Below are positions 37,813 to 47,669 of a DNA stretch of 64,000 nt, piece by piece (the first letter of the stretch is position 1; each line of letters begins with the position of its first letter). Made by a program: the position numbers and the translations under genes. The notes under the pieces are model-generated. The model saw only the letters and a list, made by a program, of their open reading frames with translations, was not told the DNA's origin and searched no databases. Origin of the DNA: an uncultured Oleiharenicola sp. (GTDB lineage: Bacteria; Verrucomicrobiota; Verrucomicrobiia; Opitutales; Opitutaceae); NCBI GenBank assembly GCA_964492635.1, contig CAZBLQ010000005.1:165-64164 (forward strand). Direction: 5' to 3'.

Positions 37813-39105
37813 ATGAACTCCGCAATCCATTCCCGCATTCGCCACGTGTTCGCTTTCTCGGCCGCTTTTTTACTGGCGGAGGGCACCTTGTTTTCCGCCG
37901 AGGCACCGGCGCCGGTTGCGCCAGAACCGCCCGCGTCGTGGATCGATCCGGACACCGGTCACCGGGTCATCCGCCTGACGCGCGAGCCGGGCTCCGACAG
38001 TTTCTACTTCAACTTCAACGGCTACACACCCGACGGCAAAAAGATGGCGTACACCACGCCTGCCGGCATCTCGGTGCTGGATCTGGCGACGTTGGAGGCG
38101 CACCAGGTGGTGGCGGGGCCCGCCAAGGCCATCATTGTCGGCCACAAAACACCCACCGTCTACTACACCAAGCCGACCCAGGATCCCTTCTACTCGACGC
38201 TGTGGAGCACCAACCTGGACACCGGGGAAACCCGGAAGCTGGCCGACCTTCCGCGGCGTGCCGGCGTCGCCACCATCAATGCGGACGAGACCCTGGGTGC
38301 CGGAACTTTCATCGAAGGCGACGCCAATGCCGGCGGGGCTTACGACGGGACCACGCCCCTCGGCCGGATGTCGGCCACCAACCTGGGCGAGCCGGCCAAC
38401 AAGGGCGAAATGATGAGCAAGCGGCTGGCCGCGAAGCTGCCCATGACGATGTTCACCGTGGACCTGCGGACCGGCCAGGTGAAGCATCTGATCGAGCACA
38501 GCACAGACTGGTTGAACCACCAGCAGTTTTCGACGACGGATCCGACGCTGCTGATGTATTGTCACGAAGGACACTGGTGGCTCGTCGACCGGCTCTGGTG
38601 CATCCGCACGGACGGCACGCAGAACCAGCTCGTGCACCGGCGCACGATGGAAATGGAAATCGCCGGCCACGAGTGGTGGGGCGCCGACGGGAAAACCATT
38701 TTCTACCAGCTGCATTTCCCGAAGGGCATGCTCAGCTCCTTCATCGCCAGCTTCAATGTCGAGACGGAGGAGCGCGTCTGGTATCACTACGCACCTGACC
38801 AGTCGTCCATCCACGACAACTCGTCGCCGGATGGGACGCTCTTCTGCGGCGATGGCGACAATAACTCTCCCTGGATCTTTCTTTTCCGTCCCGTACGGGT
38901 CCCGGACAGGCAGACGTTGGGCGAACACCTGATCAAGGGCGGCTATCTCGAGTCGGAGAAGCTGGTCAACATGGCGAAGCACAACTACCGACTGGAACCG
39001 AATCCGAGCTTCACGCCCGACCAGAAATTCGTCGTTTTCCGGTCAAACATGTTCGGCCCGGACTATGCCTTTGCCGTCGAGGTAGCCAAGGCGGCGAAGC
39101 CCTAA
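37813..39105 (+). CDS. Oligogalacturonide lyase-like beta-propeller protein (PL22-like).
   Basis: Signal peptide from ATG 37813. WIDPDTGHRVIRLTREPGSDSFYFNFNGYTPDGKKMAYTTPAGISVLDLATLE matches the N-terminal pattern of oligogalacturonate lyases. The pattern was recalled from memory, not searched. Confidence 0.75.
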   Translation: MNSAIHSRIRHVFAFSAAFLLAEGTLFSAEAPAPVAPEPPASWIDPDTGHRVIRLTREPGSDSFYFNFNGYTPDGKKMAYTTPAGISVLDLATLEAHQVVAGPAKAIIVGHKTPTVYYTKPTQDPFYSTLWSTNLDTGETRKLADLPRRAGVATINADETLGAGTFIEGDANAGGAYDGTTPLGRMSATNLGEPANKGEMMSKRLAAKLPMTMFTVDLRTGQVKHLIEHSTDWLNHQQFSTTDPTLLMYCHEGHWWLVDRLWCIRTDGTQNQLVHRRTMEMEIAGHEWWGADGKTIFYQLHFPKGMLSSFIASFNVETEERVWYHYAPDQSSIHDNSSPDGTLFCGDGDNNSPWIFLFRPVRVPDRQTLGEHLIKGGYLESEKLVNMAKHNYRLEPNPSFTPDQKFVVFRSNMFGPDYAFAVEVAKAAKP

Positions 39106-39157
39106 GTCTGGCTTGCCACAAACCCCAAAACCGACCCCGTCCGATTTGCCCGCGCCT

Positions 39158-39865
39158 ATGAAACTCAAGGAAGTGATGTCAGAGCTCGCCGCGAAGGGCA
39201 GCGAATCCACCAAGCGCATTTTTCTCAAGCATGGGGCGAAGGAGCCGTTCTTCGGCGTGAAGGTGGCCGACCTGAAGGTTATCCACAAGAAATTGAAAGG
39301 CGAGCAGGCGCTCGCGCTGGAGCTGTTCGCGACCGGCAATGGTGATGCGCAATACCTCGCCGGCCTGATCAGCGGCGGAGCAAAAATGACGCGCTCACAG
39401 GTGCAGTCGTGGGCGGACAAGGCGGCGTGGCGGATGATCTCGGGCACGATTGTGCCGTGGGTGGTGTCCGAGCATCCCGACGGTTTCGCCCTGGCCCGGA
39501 AGTGGGTCGATTCGCCCAAGGAGCACGTGGCGATTGCGGGCTGGGCGTCGCTCGGTGCGTTGGTGGCGGTAGTCCCGGACGAACGCCTGCCGGTGAAGGA
39601 GTTGGGGGCGCTGCTGGACCGCGTCGCGAAGATCCTGCCCGCCGCGCCCAACCGCGTGCGTCAGGCGATGAATAATTTCATCATCTCGACCGGTACCTAC
39701 GTGGCGCCACTGGGTGACAAGGCCATCGCAACCGCCCGGAAGCTTGGCCCGGTGGAAGTGGACGTGGGCGACACCGCTTGCAGGATCCCCGATGCGGAAA
39801 GCTACATCCGGAAGTCCCGTCGCGGCGCGCCCATCGCGCCCAAACGCAACACCGTGCGTTGCTGA
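39158..39865 (+). CDS. DNA alkylation repair protein-like HEAT-repeat protein (AlkD/AlkC superfamily-like).
   Basis: MKLKEVMSELAAKGSESTKRIFLKHGAKEPFFGVKVADLKVIHKKLKGEQALALELFATGN matches the family pattern. Confidence 0.72.
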   Translation: MKLKEVMSELAAKGSESTKRIFLKHGAKEPFFGVKVADLKVIHKKLKGEQALALELFATGNGDAQYLAGLISGGAKMTRSQVQSWADKAAWRMISGTIVPWVVSEHPDGFALARKWVDSPKEHVAIAGWASLGALVAVVPDERLPVKELGALLDRVAKILPAAPNRVRQAMNNFIISTGTYVAPLGDKAIATARKLGPVEVDVGDTACRIPDAESYIRKSRRGAPIAPKRNTVRC

Positions 39866-40053
39866 CCGCCTTGACCGCGAACTCGCCAGCCAACGGGCTG
39901 AAATACCAAAACCATTCGGCCGGGGTTCACTCAGGGCGGATTTCGAGTCGGAACTGCAAGCAGAGGCCACCACGTTTCGAGCGAAGCGACAGGGCTGACA
40001 ATACACGAAAGAATATCCACGGACTGGAATCGATATTTCTCGAGCTAACTTAT

Positions 40054-40200
40054 TAGAGGCTATCCGAAAACCCTTCCCGAAGATATCACCGGATCAATTG
40101 TCGGGGCGCAGTCTTGCAGCGCCCGCTCGGGTTTGAAAATCCTTGGACGCAGCAAGACTGCGCCCCTACGCTGCAATTCCCGGTTTTCGGATAGCCTCTA
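40054..40200. repeat. 147-bp nested inverted-repeat element (MITE/REP-like or structured RNA).
   Basis: The outer inverted repeat is a perfect 19 bp, TAGAGGCTATCCGAAAACC (40054-40072) / GGTTTTCGGATAGCCTCTA (40182-40200). The inner inverted repeat is a perfect 15 bp, GGGGCGCAGTCTTGC (40103-40117) / GCAAGACTGCGCCCC (40152-40166). Confidence 0.85.
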
Positions 40201-40404
40201 GTGCTGCATCGACGACACCGGTTTTTTTATCTCTCATCATTTCGTGTGTTTCGTGTTTTTAGTGGGTAATGCAGTTGAATTATTCCGACTTGGTCCCGAT
40301 TGCAGTGAATGACGCAGCAATTAAAAAACTTAAAACCTGCCCGTTTAACTCCATTGCCGGTATCGGAAGTTGCACTGCCGGGTCGTGCGCTTATTTATCC
40401 TGCC

Positions 40405-40743
40405 ATGCGCCACCGCTGGATACTGACACTTGCCATCATGCTCCCGTGGGCCGTCACCTCGCGGGCCGCCGACGATGCGACCGTATTCGAAAACAATTGC
40501 GCCGCCTGCCATGGCACTGACGGCCGCGCACAAACGCCGCAGGGGCGCAAGATCAAGGCCAAGGACTTGCGGGAGAGCCGCCTGACGGATGCGGAAATCG
40601 AGCGCCAGATCCGGGAGGGGTCGCGGGTCAAGACCGGGGTTTCGGTGATGCCCGCAATCGGGAAAGATATGACCGACGCCGAAATCCAGGCCGCGGTCCG
40701 CGTCGTCAAATCATTTCGCCCGGCGGCTCCCGCTCCCCGGTGA
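40405..40743 (+). CDS. Small mono-haem c-type cytochrome.
   Basis: Signal peptide MRHRWILTLAIMLPWAVTSRAADD, the haem site CAACHG and the distal SVMPAIG. Confidence 0.8.
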   Translation: MRHRWILTLAIMLPWAVTSRAADDATVFENNCAACHGTDGRAQTPQGRKIKAKDLRESRLTDAEIERQIREGSRVKTGVSVMPAIGKDMTDAEIQAAVRVVKSFRPAAPAPR

Positions 40744-40834
40744 CCGCCTGACAATCCCTCCTGACATAGGGTTGTCAGTGGCATGTGCTAGAGTGAGTCG
40801 ACTTCGTAAATAACCACCCAACCCATGATAAAAA

Positions 40835-41194
40835 ATGAACACAAATGAAATTGCCGCGCGCTTGGTGACCTTCTGCCGGGAGGCCAAGTGGGAAGCCGCT
40901 CAAAAGGAATTGTTCGCCGCCGATGCGGTCAGCATCGAGGCGGAGGCGTCCCCGGCCTTCGCGAAGGAAACGAAGGGACTGGCCGCCATCATCGAGAAGG
41001 GCCGGAAGTTCGAGGCCATGATTGAGAAGATGCATTCCCTCGCTGTCTCGGAGCCGCTGGTCGCGGACCATTCGTTCGCCTGCACGATGAGCATGGACGT
41101 AACGATGAAAGGCGCGGGACGGAGGCAGATATCCGAACTCTGCGTCTATCAGTTGAAGGACGGAAAGATCGTTTCAGAGCAATTCCACAAATAA
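40835..41194 (+). CDS. SnoaL-like / NTF2-fold protein.
   Basis: 119 aa. MNTNEIAARLVTFCREAKWEAAQKELFAADAVSIE ... VYQLKDGKIVSEQFH is typical of small NTF2-like proteins. Confidence 0.62.
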   Translation: MNTNEIAARLVTFCREAKWEAAQKELFAADAVSIEAEASPAFAKETKGLAAIIEKGRKFEAMIEKMHSLAVSEPLVADHSFACTMSMDVTMKGAGRRQISELCVYQLKDGKIVSEQFHK

Positions 41195-41213
41195 CGGCAG
41201 ACGTTTTGAATTC

Positions 41214-41230
41214 GGGGTTCAACCAACCCC
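41214..41230. terminator. Short hairpin between convergent genes.
   Basis: GGGGTT-CAACC-AACCCC. Confidence 0.3.
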
Positions 41231-41286
41231 GTCAAGCCAGGGCAACCTCAGGTTGTGGACAGTGATACGCCTTTGGTCCAAGGGAT

Positions 41287-41676
41287 CTAGCTGACCGAAG
41301 CGTCGGGTATCTTGGCAATCTGCTGCAGCTTTTTGGCCACGCTTTTCTCGGTGGCCGGCTTGACCATGTAGTGCCTCGCTCCCAGCTCGATCGCCTTGAT
41401 GATGGTCGGCTTGTCATCAAGGGTGCTGCACATGACAATTTCGAGCGACCGGTGGAGAGGCGATTCCCAAAGCTGCTCCAGCACCTGCAGTCCGCTCAAT
41501 CCGGGCATCTTTATATCGAGAAAGACGATATCAAAGGTTTGCCCGCTGGTTTTCAGCAAATCCAAGGCCGCCTGGCCGCTTGCGACCGACGTGATTTTGT
41601 GCTCCGGCCATTTGGAAAAAATGTCCTCGAGCAGGGCACGGTGCATCGCTTCGTCGTCCACAAGCAGAATTTTCAT
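41287..41676 (-). CDS. Stand-alone response-regulator receiver (CheY-like).
   Basis: MKILLVDDE, phospho-acceptor context DIVFLDIKMPGLSG, and a conserved K in YMVKP. No output domain is present. Confidence 0.9.
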   Translation of the reverse strand: MKILLVDDEAMHRALLEDIFSKWPEHKITSVASGQAALDLLKTSGQTFDIVFLDIKMPGLSGLQVLEQLWESPLHRSLEIVMCSTLDDKPTIIKAIELGARHYMVKPATEKSVAKKLQQIAKIPDASVS

Positions 41677-41902
41677 GGAATTGGTGGGGATGTCTTGGTC
41701 CAGAAGGGAGATGGGGAGGTAATTCCCGCGGGCAGCAACGGCTGTGCTGTGCGTGCAGCCAGGACCATCGTTCCCCACGAGATAATCGACAATTCACTCT
41801 TTCGCCAACCATATCGCCCGCAGCCCGGCGGCGGGGTTAATTTCTCGGCACGATTTCAGGCCCTTCGTTGACGGGTGATGGAAATCTGCTTCAGTCAGAT
41901 TG

Positions 41903-43108
41903 ATGAGTTCGCACTCCACGCAACCGAACGCTGCGGCGCAGATTTTGATTTTGGGCGGCGGGTTTGGCGGCATCGCCACCGCGAACACCCTGCGGCGGCT
42001 GTTGCCCGCGGAACATGCGGTCACGATCATTGACCGGTCGCCGTTATTCCACGTCGGAGCCGGCAAACCCTGGGTGATGCTGGGGGAGCGGACCAGCGCG
42101 GAGATTTCCGCGGCGCGAGCGGTCCTGCTCGAACCGGGGGTACAGTTCCTGGAGACGGAGATTTCGCAACTGGATCTGCGGGGGCGCTGCGTCACGACGG
42201 CGGCCGGCCAGCGCCGGTGGGACTTTCTCGTGATCGCGCTCGGGGCCACCCTGCGGCAGGAGACCGTGCCTGGTCTGGCGGGGGCGCACACCTTCTACAC
42301 CGTGACGGGAGTGGAAAAACTGCGGCCGGTCCTGGCGGAGTTCACCCAGGGAGAGATCGTGCTGCTGATTCCGAAGACCCCCTACAAATGCCCCGCTGCG
42401 CCCTATGAGGCGGCATTGCTTTTGCGGCACTTCTTTGACGGACGCGGCCGGAAAGACACAATCCGGATGAGCGTTTGCACGGTGGAGGGCTCACCGATGG
42501 CAACCGCGGGCCCCGAGATGGGAGCCTTCATCCGGGGGAAGCTGGCGGATCAGGGCATCGGTTTTTTCCCGCAAAAATCCGTTGTGCGCGTCGACGAAGC
42601 CGCGCACCGGGTGGAGTTTGCCGACGGCACGACCGCCTTATATGACCTGTTGATCTGTGTACCGCCGCACGAAGCCCCCTTGGTGGTGCGCACCGCCCAG
42701 TTGAGCGGTCCCTCGGGCTGGATACCCGTCGATCCGCTGACGATGGAACTCCAGTCAGCGGCTGGCGAAGGCCGCGTGTTTGCCATCGGCGACGTGAACA
42801 CAGTGGCCCTGCCGGGCCGCTTCAAGCCGGACGTGGGCCTGGTGCTGCCCAAGGCGGGCACGATCGCCGAGGCGCAGGGGGTGGTGGTTGCGCAGCGGAT
42901 TGCCGACCTCATCAGCGGCCGCTCTCCGACCGCCTCTTTCGATGGCAACGGTTTCTGTTATCTGGAAACGGGCGGCGGCAACGCGATGAAAGGCGAGGGG
43001 TCGTTCTTCGCGCTGCCTCACCCGATAATGAGCCGGCAGTCGTCGAACTCCGGGCAATACGCCGACAAGCTGGCGTGGGTGGCTCAACACCTGGCGCCGC
43101 GCCGCTGA
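41903..43108 (+). CDS. FAD-dependent pyridine-nucleotide-disulfide oxidoreductase, sulfide:quinone oxidoreductase-like.
   Basis: Dinucleotide fold ILILGGGFGGIATA, the Cys-containing YKCPAAPYE, the second Rossmann-like motif VFAIGDV and a late Cys in GFCYLETG. Confidence 0.72.
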   Translation: MSSHSTQPNAAAQILILGGGFGGIATANTLRRLLPAEHAVTIIDRSPLFHVGAGKPWVMLGERTSAEISAARAVLLEPGVQFLETEISQLDLRGRCVTTAAGQRRWDFLVIALGATLRQETVPGLAGAHTFYTVTGVEKLRPVLAEFTQGEIVLLIPKTPYKCPAAPYEAALLLRHFFDGRGRKDTIRMSVCTVEGSPMATAGPEMGAFIRGKLADQGIGFFPQKSVVRVDEAAHRVEFADGTTALYDLLICVPPHEAPLVVRTAQLSGPSGWIPVDPLTMELQSAAGEGRVFAIGDVNTVALPGRFKPDVGLVLPKAGTIAEAQGVVVAQRIADLISGRSPTASFDGNGFCYLETGGGNAMKGEGSFFALPHPIMSRQSSNSGQYADKLAWVAQHLAPRR

Positions 43109-43282
43109 TTCCTGAGAACGATCGGGAAAGTGTAATCACTGATTGCTCGGATTTCGCGGCTTTCAAATCCGATCTAGTTACGAAAAATTGGAGCCCCAGC
43201 CCGTTTCATCGGTGAAATCCGGGGTTAAAATCCGGGGTTTTGTATGGTTGCGACCCTGTACAGCGCCGACATCATCGACGCC

Positions 43283-44776
43283 ATGAATCGAAGTCTGTTT
43301 TTATTGTCCGGTGTTTTGATGGCGGGATTCGTGGGCCAGGCGGTGGCGGCGGCTGACGCCGATCTCGCCGGCATCAAGGCGCAGATCACCAGCAACCATG
43401 ACCGCGCGGTGACGCGCTTGCAGGAATGGATCCGCCGGCCGGCGATCGCGGCGGAGAACCGCGGATTTCCGGCAGGTGCCGATTATCTGATCACGTTGTT
43501 GCAGGAAGTCGGGTTCCAGCAGGCCGTCCGGATCGAAACCGACGGCAAGCCGGGCGTATTTGCCACCCTTGATGCCGGCGCACCGAAAACCGTTGGCGTC
43601 TACTTCATGTATGACGTGAAGCAATTCGATCCGAAGGAATGGACGTCACCGCCGCTTGACGCCGCCCTGATCGATCGGCCCGGACTCGGCAAGGTTGTGA
43701 TGGGGCGTGGCGCGGTGAACCAGAAGGGGCCCGAGTCAGCCTTCCTGGCGGCCCTCGATGCGTTTCGCACCGCCGGCCGGAAACTGCCGGTCAATCTAGT
43801 CCTCGTCGCCGAGGGCGAGGAGGAAATCGGCTCGCCGCATATCGCGCAGATCGTTCTGAAAACGGAAGTGCAGGCCGCCTTGGCGAAGTGTGCCGGCGTG
43901 TTCCTGCCACATGCGACGCAGGGCCTTGATGGCGCCGTCACCGTGAATCTCGGCGCCAAGGGCGTCATTGAGTGCGAACTCACCGCTGATGCGTTGACTT
44001 GGGGCCGCGGCCCGATGCGGGACACACACTCCTCCTTCAAGGCGATGGTCGACAGCCCGGTGTGGCGGCTGGTGCAGGCGCTCAGCACCCTTGTCACGCC
44101 CGACGGCAACACGCCGGCGATCGACGGCTTCATGGACCGCGTGCCGCCCTTGTCCGCGGCGGACAAGGTGCTCATCGCCGCCGCCTCGAAGCGGCTCACC
44201 GAGATGCAATACAAGGTCGTCTCCGGTGCCGTGAAGTGGATCGACGACCTGCCATTCCTCGCGGCGTTGGAGCGGCTGGAGTCGATGCCGACCGTCAACA
44301 TCGAGGGAATCTACGGCGGCTACACCGGGCCCGGTGGCAAGACGGTGCTGCCGCACAAGGCCTCGGCGAAACTCGACCTGCGGCTTGTGCCCGGCCAGAC
44401 GGCGGCGGAAGCCTTGTCCCAATTGAAGGCCCACCTGGCCAAGCGCGGCTACGGCGACCTCGACATAAAAATGACGGGCGGCTATGACCCGACGCGGACT
44501 CCGGCCGACACGCCACTAATCCAGGCGCAGATCTCGGTGCTGAAGCAGGCGGGCATCGATCCCGTGCTCTGGCCATGGCTGGCGGGTTCGTATCCCGGCT
44601 ACGTTTTCACGAACGCACCGCTGAAACTCGCGGCGGGCCACTTCGGGCTCGGCTACGGCTCCGGCGCGCATGCGCCCGACGAATTCTTCATCATTGAATC
44701 GGCGAACCCGAAGGTCGAGGGCTACGACGGCGCGACGCTGTCGTATGTCGAATATCTCTACGAACTGGCGAACTGA
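43283..44776 (+). CDS. Secreted M20/M25/M40-family homologue with atypical metal-ligand positions.
   Basis: Signal peptide MNRSLFLLSGVLMAGFVGQAVAA. M20 blocks VGVYFMYDVKQ, GRGAVNQKGP, VAEGEEEIGS and GSGAHAPDE are present. Confidence 0.8.
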   Translation: MNRSLFLLSGVLMAGFVGQAVAAADADLAGIKAQITSNHDRAVTRLQEWIRRPAIAAENRGFPAGADYLITLLQEVGFQQAVRIETDGKPGVFATLDAGAPKTVGVYFMYDVKQFDPKEWTSPPLDAALIDRPGLGKVVMGRGAVNQKGPESAFLAALDAFRTAGRKLPVNLVLVAEGEEEIGSPHIAQIVLKTEVQAALAKCAGVFLPHATQGLDGAVTVNLGAKGVIECELTADALTWGRGPMRDTHSSFKAMVDSPVWRLVQALSTLVTPDGNTPAIDGFMDRVPPLSAADKVLIAAASKRLTEMQYKVVSGAVKWIDDLPFLAALERLESMPTVNIEGIYGGYTGPGGKTVLPHKASAKLDLRLVPGQTAAEALSQLKAHLAKRGYGDLDIKMTGGYDPTRTPADTPLIQAQISVLKQAGIDPVLWPWLAGSYPGYVFTNAPLKLAAGHFGLGYGSGAHAPDEFFIIESANPKVEGYDGATLSYVEYLYELAN

Positions 44777-44927
44777 AATGACGGGCGGGTTACGCCTCAC
44801 GGACGCGACCTGCCGGGACGGCGGGAGGGGGGGCAGGCTCACAAAAACCACGAAACCAGACCAGTCAGGCATGCCCACTTCGACTCGACCCTATTGACGA
44901 AATGGGAAAAGCGCGGGAAAAGGAACC

Positions 44928-45272
44928 ATGGGATTAAAAATCAAGTGGAACGATGACCGGGTGCGGGGAGCGACCACGGCCATCCTGCTCATCGGCCGTG
45001 ATCGGCTGCACCGCGGCAAGAAGGACGAATTGATCCAGAGGTCGCTGACTGATTTCCGGGAAGATCCCGAAGGCTACAAAGCGAACAAAGCCACCTGGCC
45101 GGACGCCAGGGAACTCGGACCGCTGACGAATCCCCACCACGTGGCGTATTATAAAAACTTGCTTACGGCCGTCGATGCGCTCCTGCAAAAAATGGCGGAG
45201 AACAAGCGTCAGTCCAACAGCCTGCTCGAGCTGGATAACTATCTTGTCGCCAGCCTCAGGAACGTGCGCTGA
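44928..45272 (+). CDS. Hypothetical protein.
   Basis: A 114-aa ORF with balanced composition. No family was recognised. Confidence 0.45.
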   Translation: MGLKIKWNDDRVRGATTAILLIGRDRLHRGKKDELIQRSLTDFREDPEGYKANKATWPDARELGPLTNPHHVAYYKNLLTAVDALLQKMAENKRQSNSLLELDNYLVASLRNVR

Positions 45273-45469
45273 GTGGCTCGTCGGGGTCGGGAAAGATGGA
45301 AAATGCGTCAGGCTGCGGATGTTTAGATTCGATTAATCAGAGCAAGATCCGCGCCGGCCCTTATTTCCGGCCTCCGGGTTGACGTGCTTTGACTGCGTCA
45401 ATAATCAATCTTATCGCCTACAGGGCCGCTCCATTTTCTCCCGCTGCTTTGGCAAGAGTGATTCAGGGT

Positions 45470-47476
45470 TCAAGGTGAACTGGAGGTCGCCGATCCCGGC
45501 TGAAGCGGCCCCAGATGCTTTGCGAGGAAGGCCTCAATTCGCGAGTAGAGCTCCACTTTATGGCGGAGGTGGTACACTCCCTCCGACTCGTTGATGAACG
45601 AAATCGATTCGACGGGCACATGGTTGCGCTCGAGGACCGACGCCAGTTCCTTCGATTGAGCTATGGCGGTTGGAGCATCGTACTCGCCCGTCGAGAGAAA
45701 AACGGGGGCGCGAATCCGTTCGGCCTGTCTCAGGGGAGCGATAGCCTCCCATTTTTCCGGGGTCGCCTTCGTGTCGCCCAATTTATAAATCATGCGCGAG
45801 TAGTAGGGACTGGAGTACCTGTTGTATTTATAATCCGCGATGAGCTTGGCCCAGTCGCCCACTGCCGAAATCGCAACGGCGCAGCGATACAGGGAAGGCT
45901 CAAAGGCCATGCCGGAAAGGGTGAGAAACCCGCCAAAGGAAGTTCCCATGATGGCAATGCGCTGAGGATCAACCAGACCAGAAGCGATCAGGGTTTTGGT
46001 GGCGTCCGTCACGTCGTCATGCATCTTGCGGAAAGCCCATTCGTCATCGGTGGGAAACATCCAATTGTAGCCATTGGAACCGCGATAGTTCGGCTCCAGG
46101 ACGGCGTAGCCCCGGCTGGCGAGGAATTGCGCCTCGTCGTCAAAGCCCCAAGTAATCCGCGCCGACGGATCGTCGTGGGGTATCACCACCAACGGCGGTG
46201 GATTTTGTTTGGAAGCGCCCGCCGGGAGGGTGACGTAGGCGTCGAGCTGCCGTCCGTCGCGGGTCTTGAATTTCACGATGCTCATGGGCCGCATCCGTTG
46301 CGGGTCGATCCACGGCCGGGAATTCTTGATCAGTCCCGCGGTATGTTTTTCCAAATCCACCCGGCTGTAGATCATGGGCTGACGGTCCGAGTAAATGCCG
46401 ATGAGGATCACTTTTCCAGTCAGGTCGCTGCCGAGGATCCGCACCACCTGGCCGGGAAACAATCCATCGACCGCCTTTTGCAGGCCGCGGTAGGACTCGT
46501 CAAACCAGGTGACCCGCGGCCCGTCCCGGTTGTAGTTCACGCCAACGATCAGATGCGAGACTGGATCGCGGTAAAGCCGGGGAGTGCAGTCGTAGGCCTT
46601 GTCCTGCAGCAAGACTTCTACGACCTTGCCCGTCGCGGCCTCCATGACTTCCAAGGGGCGGGGTTTGCCGTCCTGTCGGGGGCCGAGCACCACGATTTCA
46701 CCCGGATGATCGCCGCAGCCATAGACGTCGATCTCTTCCAGGTTGAGCGGACACTTCTCCCAGGCATCGCCGACCAGCCGATGCAGCGCCAGGACGCCGT
46801 CCTCGGAGGTGAACCCGAACGCGAGCTGGCCATCCTTGTCCGCCAGATAGGCGGTATCGAAGCCGTGGTCGGTCTTAAGCACCGGGTAGCGCCGCGAAAT
46901 CTGGGTCTGGGTGTCGCCCGTTTCATTTTTTGAATTTACCGAGAAGACTTCCCCATATTTTCCGGTGGCGCGGCTGTTGGCTGCGACTTTCACCAGCGGG
47001 TGAGCCCGGTCCCCAGGGGGAATGGCGATGACGCTCGACCAGACGCTGCCCAGGAGAGGGTAGGCAAAGGAAAGGGCGCCGACTTTGCCGACATACAAGC
47101 CCCCGTCGAAGACTTTGCGGACCCCGAGCGAGTAAATCACATGCTGGTCGTCCAGCCAGTCGACCTGAAAAACGTCACGGTCGCCTTTGTAGGAGCGTCC
47201 CTCCATGGTCTGAGTCTTCAGGTCAAAGATCATCAACTGCGTCTGGTCCTCATCAGCCGAGATCAACGCCGCAATGTGCGTCCCGGCGAGATTGAGCTTT
47301 GGCTCCTGCAGGATCGCAGGGCGGAAGAAGTCCGCGATCGGAACTGGTTCGCCGGGCGGCACCGGCTCAGTGCGAGCCAGATCAATTTTTTCGGCGGCCG
47401 AAAGAGCCGCAGCCGTGAAGGCCAAAAACATTGAAACGAGCGGAGCGAGGTTCCATTTCCAGCTTGAGATGCTCAT
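45470..47476 (-). CDS. S9 family serine peptidase (prolyl oligopeptidase/dipeptidyl-peptidase-like) with an N-terminal beta-propeller.
   Basis: Nucleophile IAIMGTSFGGFL, a C-terminal alpha/beta fold with Asp in STGEYD, and His in EGVYHL. The signal peptide starts at ATG 47476. Confidence 0.88.
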   Translation of the reverse strand: MSISSWKWNLAPLVSMFLAFTAAALSAAEKIDLARTEPVPPGEPVPIADFFRPAILQEPKLNLAGTHIAALISADEDQTQLMIFDLKTQTMEGRSYKGDRDVFQVDWLDDQHVIYSLGVRKVFDGGLYVGKVGALSFAYPLLGSVWSSVIAIPPGDRAHPLVKVAANSRATGKYGEVFSVNSKNETGDTQTQISRRYPVLKTDHGFDTAYLADKDGQLAFGFTSEDGVLALHRLVGDAWEKCPLNLEEIDVYGCGDHPGEIVVLGPRQDGKPRPLEVMEAATGKVVEVLLQDKAYDCTPRLYRDPVSHLIVGVNYNRDGPRVTWFDESYRGLQKAVDGLFPGQVVRILGSDLTGKVILIGIYSDRQPMIYSRVDLEKHTAGLIKNSRPWIDPQRMRPMSIVKFKTRDGRQLDAYVTLPAGASKQNPPPLVVIPHDDPSARITWGFDDEAQFLASRGYAVLEPNYRGSNGYNWMFPTDDEWAFRKMHDDVTDATKTLIASGLVDPQRIAIMGTSFGGFLTLSGMAFEPSLYRCAVAISAVGDWAKLIADYKYNRYSSPYYSRMIYKLGDTKATPEKWEAIAPLRQAERIRAPVFLSTGEYDAPTAIAQSKELASVLERNHVPVESISFINESEGVYHLRHKVELYSRIEAFLAKHLGPLQPGSATSSSP

Positions 47477-47669
47477 GCGCGCCAGGAGGTGTATGGAGAA
47501 AGACGACAACATCGCTGTATCGGTGCCGGTTTCTTGGACACAACACAAAGCTTAATCCAGAGAGGAGTGGACGAGGCCGGCCGGACTGCGACGTGGCAGG
47601 AACACTTGACCGACACTGACTATGCCGGGGAAGCTCGCGACTGATCGTTGGGTGAAGCCGGCGGGGAGT

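Noticed and set aside
40269-40520. Small ORF starting MQLNYSDLVPIAVNDAAIKKLKTCPFNSIAGIGSCTAGSCAYLSC, which looks like a RiPP leader plus a Cys-rich core.
   Set aside because: The ORF runs 115 nt into the cytochrome c gene in another frame, and its second half is Arg/His-rich nonsense. No modification enzyme is adjacent. It is probably a chance ORF in an AT-rich promoter region.
44815-44833. G-quadruplex-type run GGGACGGCGGGAGGGGGGG just after the M20 homologue gene.
   Set aside because: G-runs of this kind are expected by chance in DNA this GC-rich. There is nothing positional to suggest function.
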